From Gemmatimonadota bacterium (GTDB taxonomy: Bacteria; 4572-55; J002), in the NCBI GenBank assembly GCA_003697105.1, contig RFFQ01000192.1, forward strand, positions 1 to 33,311: DNA of 33,311 nucleotides, in the 5' to 3' direction. Position 1 is the stretch's first letter. Each line of letters starts with the position of its first letter. Made by a program: the position numbers and the translations under genes. The notes beneath the pieces were generated by a model. The model saw only the letters and a list, made by a program, of their open reading frames with translations. It had not been told where the DNA came from and ran no database searches. Shown here piece after piece: positions 1 through 8,958 of the stretch.

Positions 1-99
1 ATTGGCTCACCCAATTTTAATTCAACAAATCAAAAACCATCTCGCCGGAATTGGCGCTATTCATACAGCCTAAAAGGTCACTTTTGGCGAAGGTATTGT
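1..99 (+). mobile_element. Partial IS element end: C-terminus of a putative transposase ORF (LAHPILIQQIKNHLAGIGAIHTA*, 2..73) followed by a putative terminal inverted repeat ending ...TTTTGGCGAAGGTATTG
   Basis: 98/99 identical to the reverse complement of 33213-33311; identity stops abruptly; an open frame ends ~25 nt before the boundary. An IS4-like assignment rests on my recollection of CAATACCTT-type ends, not on a search. Confidence 0.7.
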
Positions 100-109
100 A
101 AGATTGAAA

Positions 110-138
110 AAAGTAAAGTTGGCTTACAGGAAAGTCAA
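110..138 (-). promoter_or_regulatory. Putative sigma70 promoter TTGACT-N17-TACTTT pointing into the IS end
   Basis: Reverse complement of agtcaa (133-138) and aaagta (110-115), 17-bp spacer. Confidence 0.45.
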
Positions 139-205
139 GGGAAAAAGTTTCCCCACAAGGGCAATGCGCTGGCACCACATAGCATGGCACCCCATCAAAA
201 AAGGC

Positions 206-234
206 TTGTATTATCCCCTATTCTTTGCTAATCT
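206..234 (+). promoter_or_regulatory. Putative sigma70 promoter TTGTAT-N17-TAATCT with TGn extension
   Basis: Motif match upstream of the cytochrome CDS. Confidence 0.4.
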
Positions 235-281
235 CCCTCCAAGTCATATCGAATGAAATCTCTAACGCATAGGAACATTAT

Positions 282-2333
282 ATGAAAATAGAATTTTACC
301 CAATGGTCTGTTGTTTTTTTGTCTGGATCAGTTGCTCACCTTCCACTCCGCCAGCCCGCCAACATCAAACGGCGGATTCTACGTCGTCAAATCACGCAAT
401 TGCCTCTGCTTTTGTGGGCGACAAAGCCTGTGCCAAGTGCCATGCTAAAATCTATAAATCCTACAAGCAGACGGGTATGGGACGGTCGTTTTATCCATCC
501 ACGCGGGCAAACCGGATCGAAGATTATCAAATACAGAACACGGTTTACCATGAAGCCTCCAATTTATATTACGAAATGGTGCAGGAAGGAGATCAGTTTT
601 ACCAGCGGGAGTACCGTTTAGATGAAAATGGGCAACGCATCCATGAACTTACCCGGCGGGTGGATTATATTATCGGCTCTGGTAATCATACCCGAAGTTA
701 CATCACTTTAGAGAACGGCTTTATGCACGAGATGCCGGTCACGTGGTATGTGGATAAAGGTTTGTGGGATATGAGTCCCGGCTACGAGCAGTCAAATTCT
801 CGATTTTCACGACCAATTTTACAAGAATGCTTAGATTGTCACAATGCCTACACCGATTATGTACCGTACTCCGATTACCAGTACCGGGAACCTATCCCCC
901 ACGGAATTAATTGTGAACGCTGTCATGGGGCGGGGCGGGCGCATGTAACGCTGCACTCTGATGAAAATGTACCGGATGAAGTATATGAAGCGGATGTGGA
1001 TACCACAATTATCAATCCCGCACATCTGCCACCGGGTAAAAAGTTGGATGTCTGCTTACAATGCCATTTGCAAGGCGAGATGACGGTCTTCAAAGGGGAT
1101 CGATTTGAACCGGGCATGTCATTATCCGACACACGCTCCATTTTTGTGCCAGATGGACTTCCCGAAGGTGATTTTCGGATCGCGAGTCATGGTGCCCGCA
1201 CTGTATTGAGCGCTTGCTACCAGAAAAGCAACGGTGACTTAACGTGCATCACCTGCCATAACCCCCACGAACCGGTTGCCTCCGTCCCACGTGAACGATT
1301 CAATCAAATTTGTCAGGAGTGCCACTCCCTCGCGGAGTTATCCCAGACTCCTTCCACCGGACATCAGGTTGGTGAAGATTGTGTCTCTTGCCATATGCGG
1401 CAAGGTGACACATCCGATATCCCCCACGTGAACTTCACGGATCACTGGATCCGCCGGAAGATCGATCCCCTTACTGAAACGGAGATCAAGGCGTTATTTG
1501 CGGCAGACCAACCGGTTACGTTGACCAACTTCTATGGTAGCCATGACCGGCTGGATTCGCTGGAATTAGGCATCGCCTATGTTAAGTATTACGACGCAAA
1601 ATCCGAAAATTTCCTTTATCTCGAACGAGCTACCCCCCTGTTGGAAGCCGGATTAGCCGCGTACCCCGATCATCAAAAGGGGCATTACTTCCTGGGACGG
1701 GCATACATGCTACAGGAGAAATTTGAGGAGGCAGAAGCACAATTTGCTACACTGACCGAAATCAATCCGACTCATGCCCAAGCATTTTTTCAACTCGGTA
1801 AGTGCCAACAAGTACTGGAACGCCTGGAAGACGCGATCCGATCATATCAGAAATCACTTGAACTGTTCCCTGATAACGCTATTTCTTATAATAACTTAGG
1901 AAATATTTATTCGGATTTAGAACGGTTTGATGAAGCACAAGCAGCATACCAAAAAGCGGTCAACATTCAACCGTCCTATGCTACCACCTATTATAATTGG
2001 GCACATCTGCACTTGTACCAACTTCGCCAGTTTGATGAAGGTTACCGGTTGTTGCTGAAAGCAATTCAATATGAACCGAATTTTTTAATGGCAAAACTGG
2101 ATTTAGGAAATTACTATCTTTCACAAAATCAGCTGGACAAGGCAGAAGCACAATTTCGGGAGATTATCCAGATCAACCCCCGTTTTACTGGTGCATACGG
2201 CAATTTAGCCCTTATCTACCATGCTCAAGGCAAAATTGATGAGGCAATTAGCATGGTGGAACGGCTCCTAAGTTACAACCCTATGGATCAAAAAGCGTTA
2301 ATGATGATGATGCAATTAAAAGCACTCCAGTAG
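282..2333 (+). CDS. Multiheme (7x CxxCH) c-type cytochrome / TPR-repeat lipoprotein
   Basis: CAKCH, CLDCH, CERCH, CLQCH, CITCH, CQECH, CVSCH; lipobox-like VWISC; C-terminal TPR repeats (e.g. SYNNLGNIY...A...Y.KA). Confidence 0.9.
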   Translation: MKIEFYPMVCCFFVWISCSPSTPPARQHQTADSTSSNHAIASAFVGDKACAKCHAKIYKSYKQTGMGRSFYPSTRANRIEDYQIQNTVYHEASNLYYEMVQEGDQFYQREYRLDENGQRIHELTRRVDYIIGSGNHTRSYITLENGFMHEMPVTWYVDKGLWDMSPGYEQSNSRFSRPILQECLDCHNAYTDYVPYSDYQYREPIPHGINCERCHGAGRAHVTLHSDENVPDEVYEADVDTTIINPAHLPPGKKLDVCLQCHLQGEMTVFKGDRFEPGMSLSDTRSIFVPDGLPEGDFRIASHGARTVLSACYQKSNGDLTCITCHNPHEPVASVPRERFNQICQECHSLAELSQTPSTGHQVGEDCVSCHMRQGDTSDIPHVNFTDHWIRRKIDPLTETEIKALFAADQPVTLTNFYGSHDRLDSLELGIAYVKYYDAKSENFLYLERATPLLEAGLAAYPDHQKGHYFLGRAYMLQEKFEEAEAQFATLTEINPTHAQAFFQLGKCQQVLERLEDAIRSYQKSLELFPDNAISYNNLGNIYSDLERFDEAQAAYQKAVNIQPSYATTYYNWAHLHLYQLRQFDEGYRLLLKAIQYEPNFLMAKLDLGNYYLSQNQLDKAEAQFREIIQINPRFTGAYGNLALIYHAQGKIDEAISMVERLLSYNPMDQKALMMMMQLKALQ

Positions 2334-2342
2334 AGGTCAACT

Positions 2343-4568
2343 ATGAAAGCACAAACAACCCAGCGAATCGGTGTGCTCACCAGTGGGGGTGATGCTCAGG
2401 GCATGAATGCGGCGGTGCGTGCCATCGTACGGACGGCGCTGTCCGCCGGAGCGGAGGTCTTCGCGATTTATGAAGGTTACCGCGGCATGGTGGCTGGTGG
2501 GTCGTACATCCAACCGCTCAATTGGGATTCCGTCGGGGGAATCCTTCAAAAAGGGGGCACTATCCTCGGCACCGCCCGCTGTATGGAATTCAAAGAGCGG
2601 TCGGGGCGTCTGCAAGCGGCTAAAAATTTGTTGGAACACGGTATTGATCGATTGGTCGTCATCGGTGGGGATGGCAGTTTAACCGGAGCAAATCTGTTCC
2701 GCGAGGAATGGGCAGGCCTGTTGCAAGAATTAGTGGATAAACAGGAAATAGATCCCTTCATTGCGGCGGCGCATCCGCACTTGCTTATCGTGGGCTTAGT
2801 GGGGTCAATTGACAACGATATGTATGGTACGGATATGACCATCGGAACCGATTCCGCATTGCACCGCATCATTGAAGCTATTGATGCCATTTTCAGCACG
2901 GCGGCGAGCCACCAACGGACATTTGTCATTGAGGTCATGGGGCGGAATTGTGGTTATCTGGCACTGATGGCCGCTCTAGCAACCGGGGCAGAATGGCTGC
3001 TTATCCCCGAAAATCCACCCGATGTGGCAGATTGGGAAAACAAGATGTGCGAAACACTTCGTGCTGGACGGGAAGCGGGACGGCGGGCAAGCATCGTCAT
3101 TGTGGCAGAGGGTGCGAAAGACCGGCAAGGCAACCCAATTACCAGCAACTATATCAAATCGGTGCTAGAAGACCGCTTAGGGGAAGATACCCGCGTTACG
3201 ATTTTGGGTCACGTGCAACGGGGCGGGTCACCTAGCGCGTATGACCGCATCATGAGCACTATTGAAGGCTACACGGCGGCGCGAGAGGTGCTAAATGCCT
3301 CCCCAGAAGAGGAATCATTGCTCATTGGCGTACACGGCAATCGACCGTCAAAAAGTCCACTGATGGAGTGTGTCCACCAGACCAAAGCAGTTGCCGCCGC
3401 TATCCAACATCAAGAATATGATAAAGCAATGCAACTACGCGGTAAGGAATTTGTGGAAGCTTACCGCACGTTCCGTACCATTGTGCAAGCAAAGCCGCGG
3501 GTTCCAGCGGATGGCTCCAAACCGTATCGCTTTGCAGTACTTCATACCGGTGGACCTGCCCCCGGCATGAATATGGCTGTCCGGGTTGCTGTGCGAATAA
3601 TGTTGGATAAAGGGCATCAAATATTAGGTGTCCGCAACGGATTTACCGGCTTTGCCGAAGGATTGATTGAGGAACTGGGCTGGATGAGTGTCTCAGGATG
3701 GGCTCCGGAAGGTGGCGCCCTGTTGGGTACCAATCGCCATGTGCCGGAGGGAAAAGATTTCTACGCCATTGCCAAGAATATCGAAGAGTATCAAATTGAT
3801 GGAATCTTGATGATCGGCGGCGATTATGGTTATCAAGGGTTGTACCGGATGCTCACCGAAGTCGAAAACTTTCCGGCGTTTGACATCCCGATGGTCTGTC
3901 TGCCGGCAAGTATTAACAACAATCTGCCCGGTTCGGAGGTGAGTGTTGGGGTGGACACGGCACTCAATAACATCGTGGAAGCAGTGGATAAAATTAAGCA
4001 GACGGCGGTTGCCTCCAACCGGTGTTTCATCGTAGAGGTCATGGGGCATTATTGTGGCTATCTGGCGCTGATGGGAGGGCTTGCCACCGGTGCAGAACGG
4101 GTCTATCTGCACGAGGAGGGGGTCACTTTGCTGGATTTACTCTCCGATCTGGCACATATCAGCAAGGGATTTCAGTTGGGAAAACGGGTTGGGTTGGTAA
4201 TTCGGAATGAAAACGCGCATAACCTGTACAACACTAATTTTATGATGGCACTATTTGAGGAGGAAGGCGGCGATCTGTTCGATGTCCGGCAAGCCATTTT
4301 AGGGCATTTGCAACAAGGTGGCAACCCCACCCCAGTGGACCGGATTCGCGCCACCGAGATGGTTGTTAAATGCGTGGATTACCTCCTCCAAGAAGTGGGC
4401 AAGCCGAATCCGCAAAGTGCCTTTATCGGTTTGCAAAATGAAGAATTTGTCTTTTTTAATCTGGAAGATTTCCCCCGGATGGTTGATACGAAATTTCAGC
4501 GCCCCAAAGTCCAATGGTGGATGGAAATGCGGGATATAGCGCGAGTATTAGCACAGCCTTCGGCATGA
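2343..4568 (+). CDS. pfkA: ATP-dependent 6-phosphofructokinase, eukaryotic (tandem-duplicated) type
   Basis: 741 aa with two PFK halves: TSGGDAQGMNA / GGDGS / VGSIDND / EVMGRNCG and TGGPAPGMN / PASINNN / EVMGHYCG. Confidence 0.95.
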   Translation: MKAQTTQRIGVLTSGGDAQGMNAAVRAIVRTALSAGAEVFAIYEGYRGMVAGGSYIQPLNWDSVGGILQKGGTILGTARCMEFKERSGRLQAAKNLLEHGIDRLVVIGGDGSLTGANLFREEWAGLLQELVDKQEIDPFIAAAHPHLLIVGLVGSIDNDMYGTDMTIGTDSALHRIIEAIDAIFSTAASHQRTFVIEVMGRNCGYLALMAALATGAEWLLIPENPPDVADWENKMCETLRAGREAGRRASIVIVAEGAKDRQGNPITSNYIKSVLEDRLGEDTRVTILGHVQRGGSPSAYDRIMSTIEGYTAAREVLNASPEEESLLIGVHGNRPSKSPLMECVHQTKAVAAAIQHQEYDKAMQLRGKEFVEAYRTFRTIVQAKPRVPADGSKPYRFAVLHTGGPAPGMNMAVRVAVRIMLDKGHQILGVRNGFTGFAEGLIEELGWMSVSGWAPEGGALLGTNRHVPEGKDFYAIAKNIEEYQIDGILMIGGDYGYQGLYRMLTEVENFPAFDIPMVCLPASINNNLPGSEVSVGVDTALNNIVEAVDKIKQTAVASNRCFIVEVMGHYCGYLALMGGLATGAERVYLHEEGVTLLDLLSDLAHISKGFQLGKRVGLVIRNENAHNLYNTNFMMALFEEEGGDLFDVRQAILGHLQQGGNPTPVDRIRATEMVVKCVDYLLQEVGKPNPQSAFIGLQNEEFVFFNLEDFPRMVDTKFQRPKVQWWMEMRDIARVLAQPSA

Positions 4569-4592
4569 TGAGGGCATAACCCCAACTAAAAA

Positions 4593-4628
4593 TAAACCCT
4601 TAGAGACCTTAAAGGATCTAAGGGTTTA
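4593..4628. terminator. Hairpin between convergent pfk and glnA; probable bidirectional terminator
   Basis: TAAACCCTTAGA (4593-4604) pairs with TCTAAGGGTTTA (4617-4628); inner CCTT/AAGG. Confidence 0.7.
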
Positions 4629-4661
4629 ACTTATTGATATAAAAATAGTTACCAGTACTTA

Positions 4662-6197
4662 TTAGTGCCGGTGTAAATCTTTGTGCATAATTTTACGGGT
4701 TTCATGGAGGCGATCATCTGCCGGTAAATCAATAAGATATTCATTAATGTTTTCGTCATTTTCGGCAGTTAGTAGCCGGGCAACATAATCGATCATACTG
4801 GGCGGGAAAATACGATCCCGTTCGTATAGTGCTCGTTTCTCCAGCAGAATATGGGCAGATTCCACGCAACTTTTGGGGAGGGGGGTCAATGTTTCCAACA
4901 ACTGCTTATTTTTAAAGATATTACCTTCCACATAAAGTTTATCAGCGACTTCCAGAGCGTCGGGTGAGGTTAAGCCGTATTCCGCCGCCATGGTAATCCC
5001 CGCAAGGAGTAAATGCGTAATGGCGCTCCCATCGGGTGTGCGCAGTTCTACCGTTTGCCGCCCTTTTACATCCTCGAACTGCTCAATTTGTTGCGGGTTT
5101 AGTAATTGCGCTAAATTATTGACCTTCGACCAGCCCAGCGGTACCCGAATCATCGCACTGCGGTTGGATTGGCTCCAGCAAACGCGGGTCGGGGCTTCTT
5201 GATTTGGAACCAATCGCAGGTAGGCAGATGACGTCGTATTTCCAAAGGCAGTCAACGTGTCTGCATACGCGCACAATCCCCCGATCATCCGGCGAGCCGG
5301 TTCTGTCAAATCCCCCTCAGCGGTTGTCATCACATTGATTCCGTTCTTCCGCAATTCCATATGAACATGCATCCCATTTCCGGCAACGCCTTCTTCCAAT
5401 TTGGGCGTGAAGGTTGCCACAGCATTATATTTGTATGCAATATTGCGAATCAGCCAACGTGCCAGTACTAGATTATCTGCGGCATGATCAATGGGAGTTG
5501 GCAAAAATTCAATTTCCAGTTGCTCCGCCTCCCGACCTTTAATCTCCGGGTGATCGCTCCGGACACTCTCAATATATCCGACTTCACTATGGGCATATTT
5601 TACCGCACCGGTAATCTGGGTGATGTGATGCACCATTTCATCCACAATTTGGGCAGTTTTGACAAAAGGACCCGCGGCATGATACCCCCGCTGTTTTTGA
5701 GCGGTATATAACTGTCGTTCGGGTTCTGTTAGCAGAAAAAATTCCAATTCCCCCAAGCCGTAAAATTCGTATCCAGTTCGCTCCTGGAATAGTTGATACG
5801 CATTGTACAGAATACTATCCAAGGTAAAGGGTGCCAATTCACCATCCGGGGTCAAATAGCGGCAGATAAAATCTAAACTACCCCGATTAAACGGATTCAA
5901 GAAGGCAGTACGGTAAACGGGTACCACATATAAATCCGACAACCCGGCATCAACCATCCCCTTAAACAAAGATGATCCATCGACACGCTCTCCATCTGCC
6001 AAAATTCGTTCAGCTTGATAACGATTTGCAATTGGGATACGTAACTCCTTGAGCTTGCTATCTAAGCCGGTATAATGAAAGGTAATTCGCTCAATCTGAT
6101 TGGTTTCGATCACGTTGATTAGGTCTGCCCGGGTGAATTCTTCCGGTGCTTTGTTGACCAACACCGCAATGGGATTTGTCAAAGCATATTGGGACAT
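4662..6197 (-). CDS. glnA: Glutamine synthetase, type I family
   Basis: DGSS, GELEFF, HSEVG, GNGMHVH, RLVPNQEAP, NRSAMIRVP, VELRTPDG; AGGAGGT SD at 6202-6208. Confidence 0.93.
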   Translation of the reverse strand: MSQYALTNPIAVLVNKAPEEFTRADLINVIETNQIERITFHYTGLDSKLKELRIPIANRYQAERILADGERVDGSSLFKGMVDAGLSDLYVVPVYRTAFLNPFNRGSLDFICRYLTPDGELAPFTLDSILYNAYQLFQERTGYEFYGLGELEFFLLTEPERQLYTAQKQRGYHAAGPFVKTAQIVDEMVHHITQITGAVKYAHSEVGYIESVRSDHPEIKGREAEQLEIEFLPTPIDHAADNLVLARWLIRNIAYKYNAVATFTPKLEEGVAGNGMHVHMELRKNGINVMTTAEGDLTEPARRMIGGLCAYADTLTAFGNTTSSAYLRLVPNQEAPTRVCWSQSNRSAMIRVPLGWSKVNNLAQLLNPQQIEQFEDVKGRQTVELRTPDGSAITHLLLAGITMAAEYGLTSPDALEVADKLYVEGNIFKNKQLLETLTPLPKSCVESAHILLEKRALYERDRIFPPSMIDYVARLLTAENDENINEYLIDLPADDRLHETRKIMHKDLHRH

Positions 6198-6210
6198 TAG
6201 AACCTCCTTT

Positions 6211-6274
6211 GGGTTTAGGGATTAGGGATCAAGATTTAGGGGATTAGGGTTTAGGGATCAGGGTTTAGGGTTAA
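6211..6274 (+). repeat. Tandem heptamer repeat, ~9 units (GGGTTTA/GGGATTA/GGGATCA), telomere-like
   Basis: gggttta gggatta gggatca agattta ggggatta gggttta gggatca gggttta gggttaa. Confidence 0.95.
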
Positions 6275-6312
6275 AGATTCCGTGACTTCTAGCACAATAA
6301 AAGAGGATTCAC

Positions 6313-6341
6313 TCTATAATAAAAAAAGAGCCGGTCGTCAA
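6313..6341 (-). promoter_or_regulatory. Putative glnA promoter TTGACG-N17-TATAGA
   Basis: Motif match with 17-bp spacer. Confidence 0.45.
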
Positions 6342-6435
6342 TAAAATTGATCACCAAAAATGACGATTGTTTTTGATTATGAACAGTCGTATAGAAACTA
6401 GAATTTTTATTTTATAAGTATTACTATTATAAATA

Positions 6436-6464
6436 TTGACAATTTTAGTGATTTAGATTATTTT
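6436..6464 (+). promoter_or_regulatory. Putative promoter TTGACA-N17-TATTTT for the P-type ATPase
   Basis: Perfect -35, 17-bp spacer, AT-rich upstream region. Confidence 0.55.
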
Positions 6465-6511
6465 ATGATATGTTAACTGGCATATTGCATCCAAACCAAG
6501 GAGGACGGGTC

Positions 6512-8842
6512 ATGAGTGCTACACCGCAGCGTACTTGCGCGGAATGGGTTACTGAGAACTTGCAAGAGATGGAAAGCGTGACAAATATCAAAATGGATAT
6601 TGCCCGTAGTGAAATCTCGTTTGATTATGATCCGGAGAAACTATCACCGGTGGATATTCAAGTGATAGCAAAGCGAATTTCACAGCAATTATATCACGTA
6701 TATCAAACTTGCACGTTACCCTTACAGTCAAGAGGTGAGCATTCCTGTGACGCTTGTACACGCCATTTGGAACATCAAGCAAGCAATGTAAAGGGGGTGA
6801 AGCGGGCAATGGTCAGTTATTTGGGTGGCATTATCAAAGTTATCTATGATGTAAATCGCACATCCGAAGGCGAAATTGTGGCAACACTAGAACAACACAC
6901 CGCTCCCCGGCTCATAGAAGAAAAAAAGAACCTCTGGACGTGGGCATCTCAACGGCTTGAAGTCGTCCTCACGTTGGTCGCATTTCTCACATTAGTGGGG
7001 GGATTCATAGCCGAACGGATCGGGACTTCTTCACTGTCGGTTACCTTGCTTTATCTGATCGCATATCTTTCCGGAGGTGTTTTCGGCTTAAAAGCAGGGT
7101 TGAAATCCCTCCGCAATGGGGTGATCGATGTGGATTTTTTGATGGTATTGGCGGCAATCGGTGCCGCAATTGTCGGTGCACCCTTTGAAGGGGCAATGTT
7201 GTTATTTCTCTTTTCGCTTTCCAATGTCTTGCAAAACTTTGCGATGGACCGTACCCGTCATGCGATTCGCGCCTTGATGCAACTTCGCCCCAATATTGCG
7301 GAGGTCAAACGGGGCAACAAAACGATCCATGTACCCGTAGAACAAGTTAATATCGATGACATCTTTATTGTTCGCCCCGGCGACCGGCTACCGCTGGATG
7401 GTGTTGTTGTTCGGGGTGAAAGTGCCATCAATCAGGCACCAATCACAGGGGAATCTATTCCAGTTACAAAAAGGGTGAACGATGTTGTCTTGGCGGGCAC
7501 CATTAATCAAACGGGAAATTTGGAAGTTCGGGTGACAAAATTAGCAAAGGATTCAACCTTAGCTAAATTGGTGCAGTTGGTGGAAGAAGCCCGCAGTGAG
7601 AAAGCAAAGACTCAACGCTTTTTGGATCGTGCCGAACAGGCATATGCCCGGGGTGTGATTCTTTTTACGCTGCTTGTGACCATTATCCCAATTGCATTTT
7701 TAGGAGAATCGTTTGATAGTGCATTTTACCGCGCAATGACCCTCATGGTTGCGGCGTCACCATGTGCGTTGGTGATCAGTACTCCGGCTTCTATTTTATC
7801 CGCCATTGGCAATGGCGCACGGCGGGGCATCCTGTTTAAAGGCGGAGTATATGTGGAGCAAGCGGCGAGTATCAAAGCCATTGCATTCGATAAAACAGGA
7901 ACATTGACAATTGGCCAACCGCGGGTGACCGATGTCCAGATTACATCAAGGACGTGGGAAGGTGCCGAAGCCGATTTGCTCCGGTTAGCCGCTACGGTAG
8001 AAGCAAAATCAGAGCATCCATTGGCAAAAGCGATTCTTAAGGCGGCAACCGAGCACCATGTGGCTTGGGAGGAAGCGGATGCGTTCCAGTCGGTGGCGGG
8101 GCGTGGGGTTGAAGCCCTAGTTGAAGGCAAGCACATCCGGGTGGGCAGTTGTCATTTTTTTGAGCCGGAACATCTGAAGCAAAGCCCGGCGACCCAGCGT
8201 ACCCTCGAGCAGTTTCAACATGATGGAAAGACATCGATTATCGTTGCAGAAATGAACCAAGAAACCGGACAGCCACATCTACTTGGCGTAATTGCCGTTG
8301 CGGACATCATTCGCCCCGAAGCAAAAACGGTTGTTCAGGAACTCAAATCGCTTGGTATTAAAAACGTAACTATGTTGACCGGTGATAATCGCCACGTCGC
8401 TCAAGCAATTTCTAAGGAACTCGGGGTTGATGGTTGTTATGCTGAGTTGCTCCCTGAAGATAAGCTGCGTATTATCAATCAATTAAAATCCGAATACGGT
8501 CCCGTTTGTATGGTGGGTGATGGCGTCAATGATGCCCCCGCCTTGGCAACGGCTTCAATTGGCATTGCTATGGGCGCTGCCGGAACAGATGTTGCGTTAG
8601 AAACCGCGGATATTGTTTTGATGTCTGACAATCTAAAAAATATTCCCTATGTGATAGCGTTAAGCCACCAAACTCGCAAAACCCTCATGCTGAATTTAGG
8701 GTTTGCGGCAGGGATGATTTTGATTATGATTGCGGCCATTTTAGGTTGGGATATGTCGCTACCGTTGGCGGTTATTGGGCATGAGGGTGGCACCGTCTTA
8801 GTTTCTTTAAACGGATTGCGTCTTTTAGGGTATCACCGCTAA
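6512..8842 (+). CDS. Heavy-metal-translocating P1B-type ATPase (P1B-4-like)
   Basis: TGES, SPC (AASPCAL), DKTGT, SEHP, TGDN, GDGVND, HEGGT; start moved to ATG 6512 behind AGGAGG (6499-6504). Confidence 0.93.
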   Translation: MSATPQRTCAEWVTENLQEMESVTNIKMDIARSEISFDYDPEKLSPVDIQVIAKRISQQLYHVYQTCTLPLQSRGEHSCDACTRHLEHQASNVKGVKRAMVSYLGGIIKVIYDVNRTSEGEIVATLEQHTAPRLIEEKKNLWTWASQRLEVVLTLVAFLTLVGGFIAERIGTSSLSVTLLYLIAYLSGGVFGLKAGLKSLRNGVIDVDFLMVLAAIGAAIVGAPFEGAMLLFLFSLSNVLQNFAMDRTRHAIRALMQLRPNIAEVKRGNKTIHVPVEQVNIDDIFIVRPGDRLPLDGVVVRGESAINQAPITGESIPVTKRVNDVVLAGTINQTGNLEVRVTKLAKDSTLAKLVQLVEEARSEKAKTQRFLDRAEQAYARGVILFTLLVTIIPIAFLGESFDSAFYRAMTLMVAASPCALVISTPASILSAIGNGARRGILFKGGVYVEQAASIKAIAFDKTGTLTIGQPRVTDVQITSRTWEGAEADLLRLAATVEAKSEHPLAKAILKAATEHHVAWEEADAFQSVAGRGVEALVEGKHIRVGSCHFFEPEHLKQSPATQRTLEQFQHDGKTSIIVAEMNQETGQPHLLGVIAVADIIRPEAKTVVQELKSLGIKNVTMLTGDNRHVAQAISKELGVDGCYAELLPEDKLRIINQLKSEYGPVCMVGDGVNDAPALATASIGIAMGAAGTDVALETADIVLMSDNLKNIPYVIALSHQTRKTLMLNLGFAAGMILIMIAAILGWDMSLPLAVIGHEGGTVLVSLNGLRLLGYHR

Positions 8843-8958
8843 GGTACATCCCATTATTTGCTTGCTTTTAAAGCAAAATATGTATAGTTTGGCGGAATCA
8901 AACTGAGTGGAAGAGGAGACCACTTCAGCATACTCATGGTGAAAGGCGTTTTTGGCTA

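Noticed and set aside
170-195. Direct repeat TGGCACC(A/C)CAT x2 resembling a sigma54 -24 box
   Set aside because: GG-to-GC spacing is one base short of TGGCAC-N5-TTGC and the second copy has no -12 element.
6211-6274. CRISPR array or true telomere / eukaryotic contamination
   Set aside because: Units are 7 nt with no spacers, degenerate, internal, and embedded between clearly bacterial genes.
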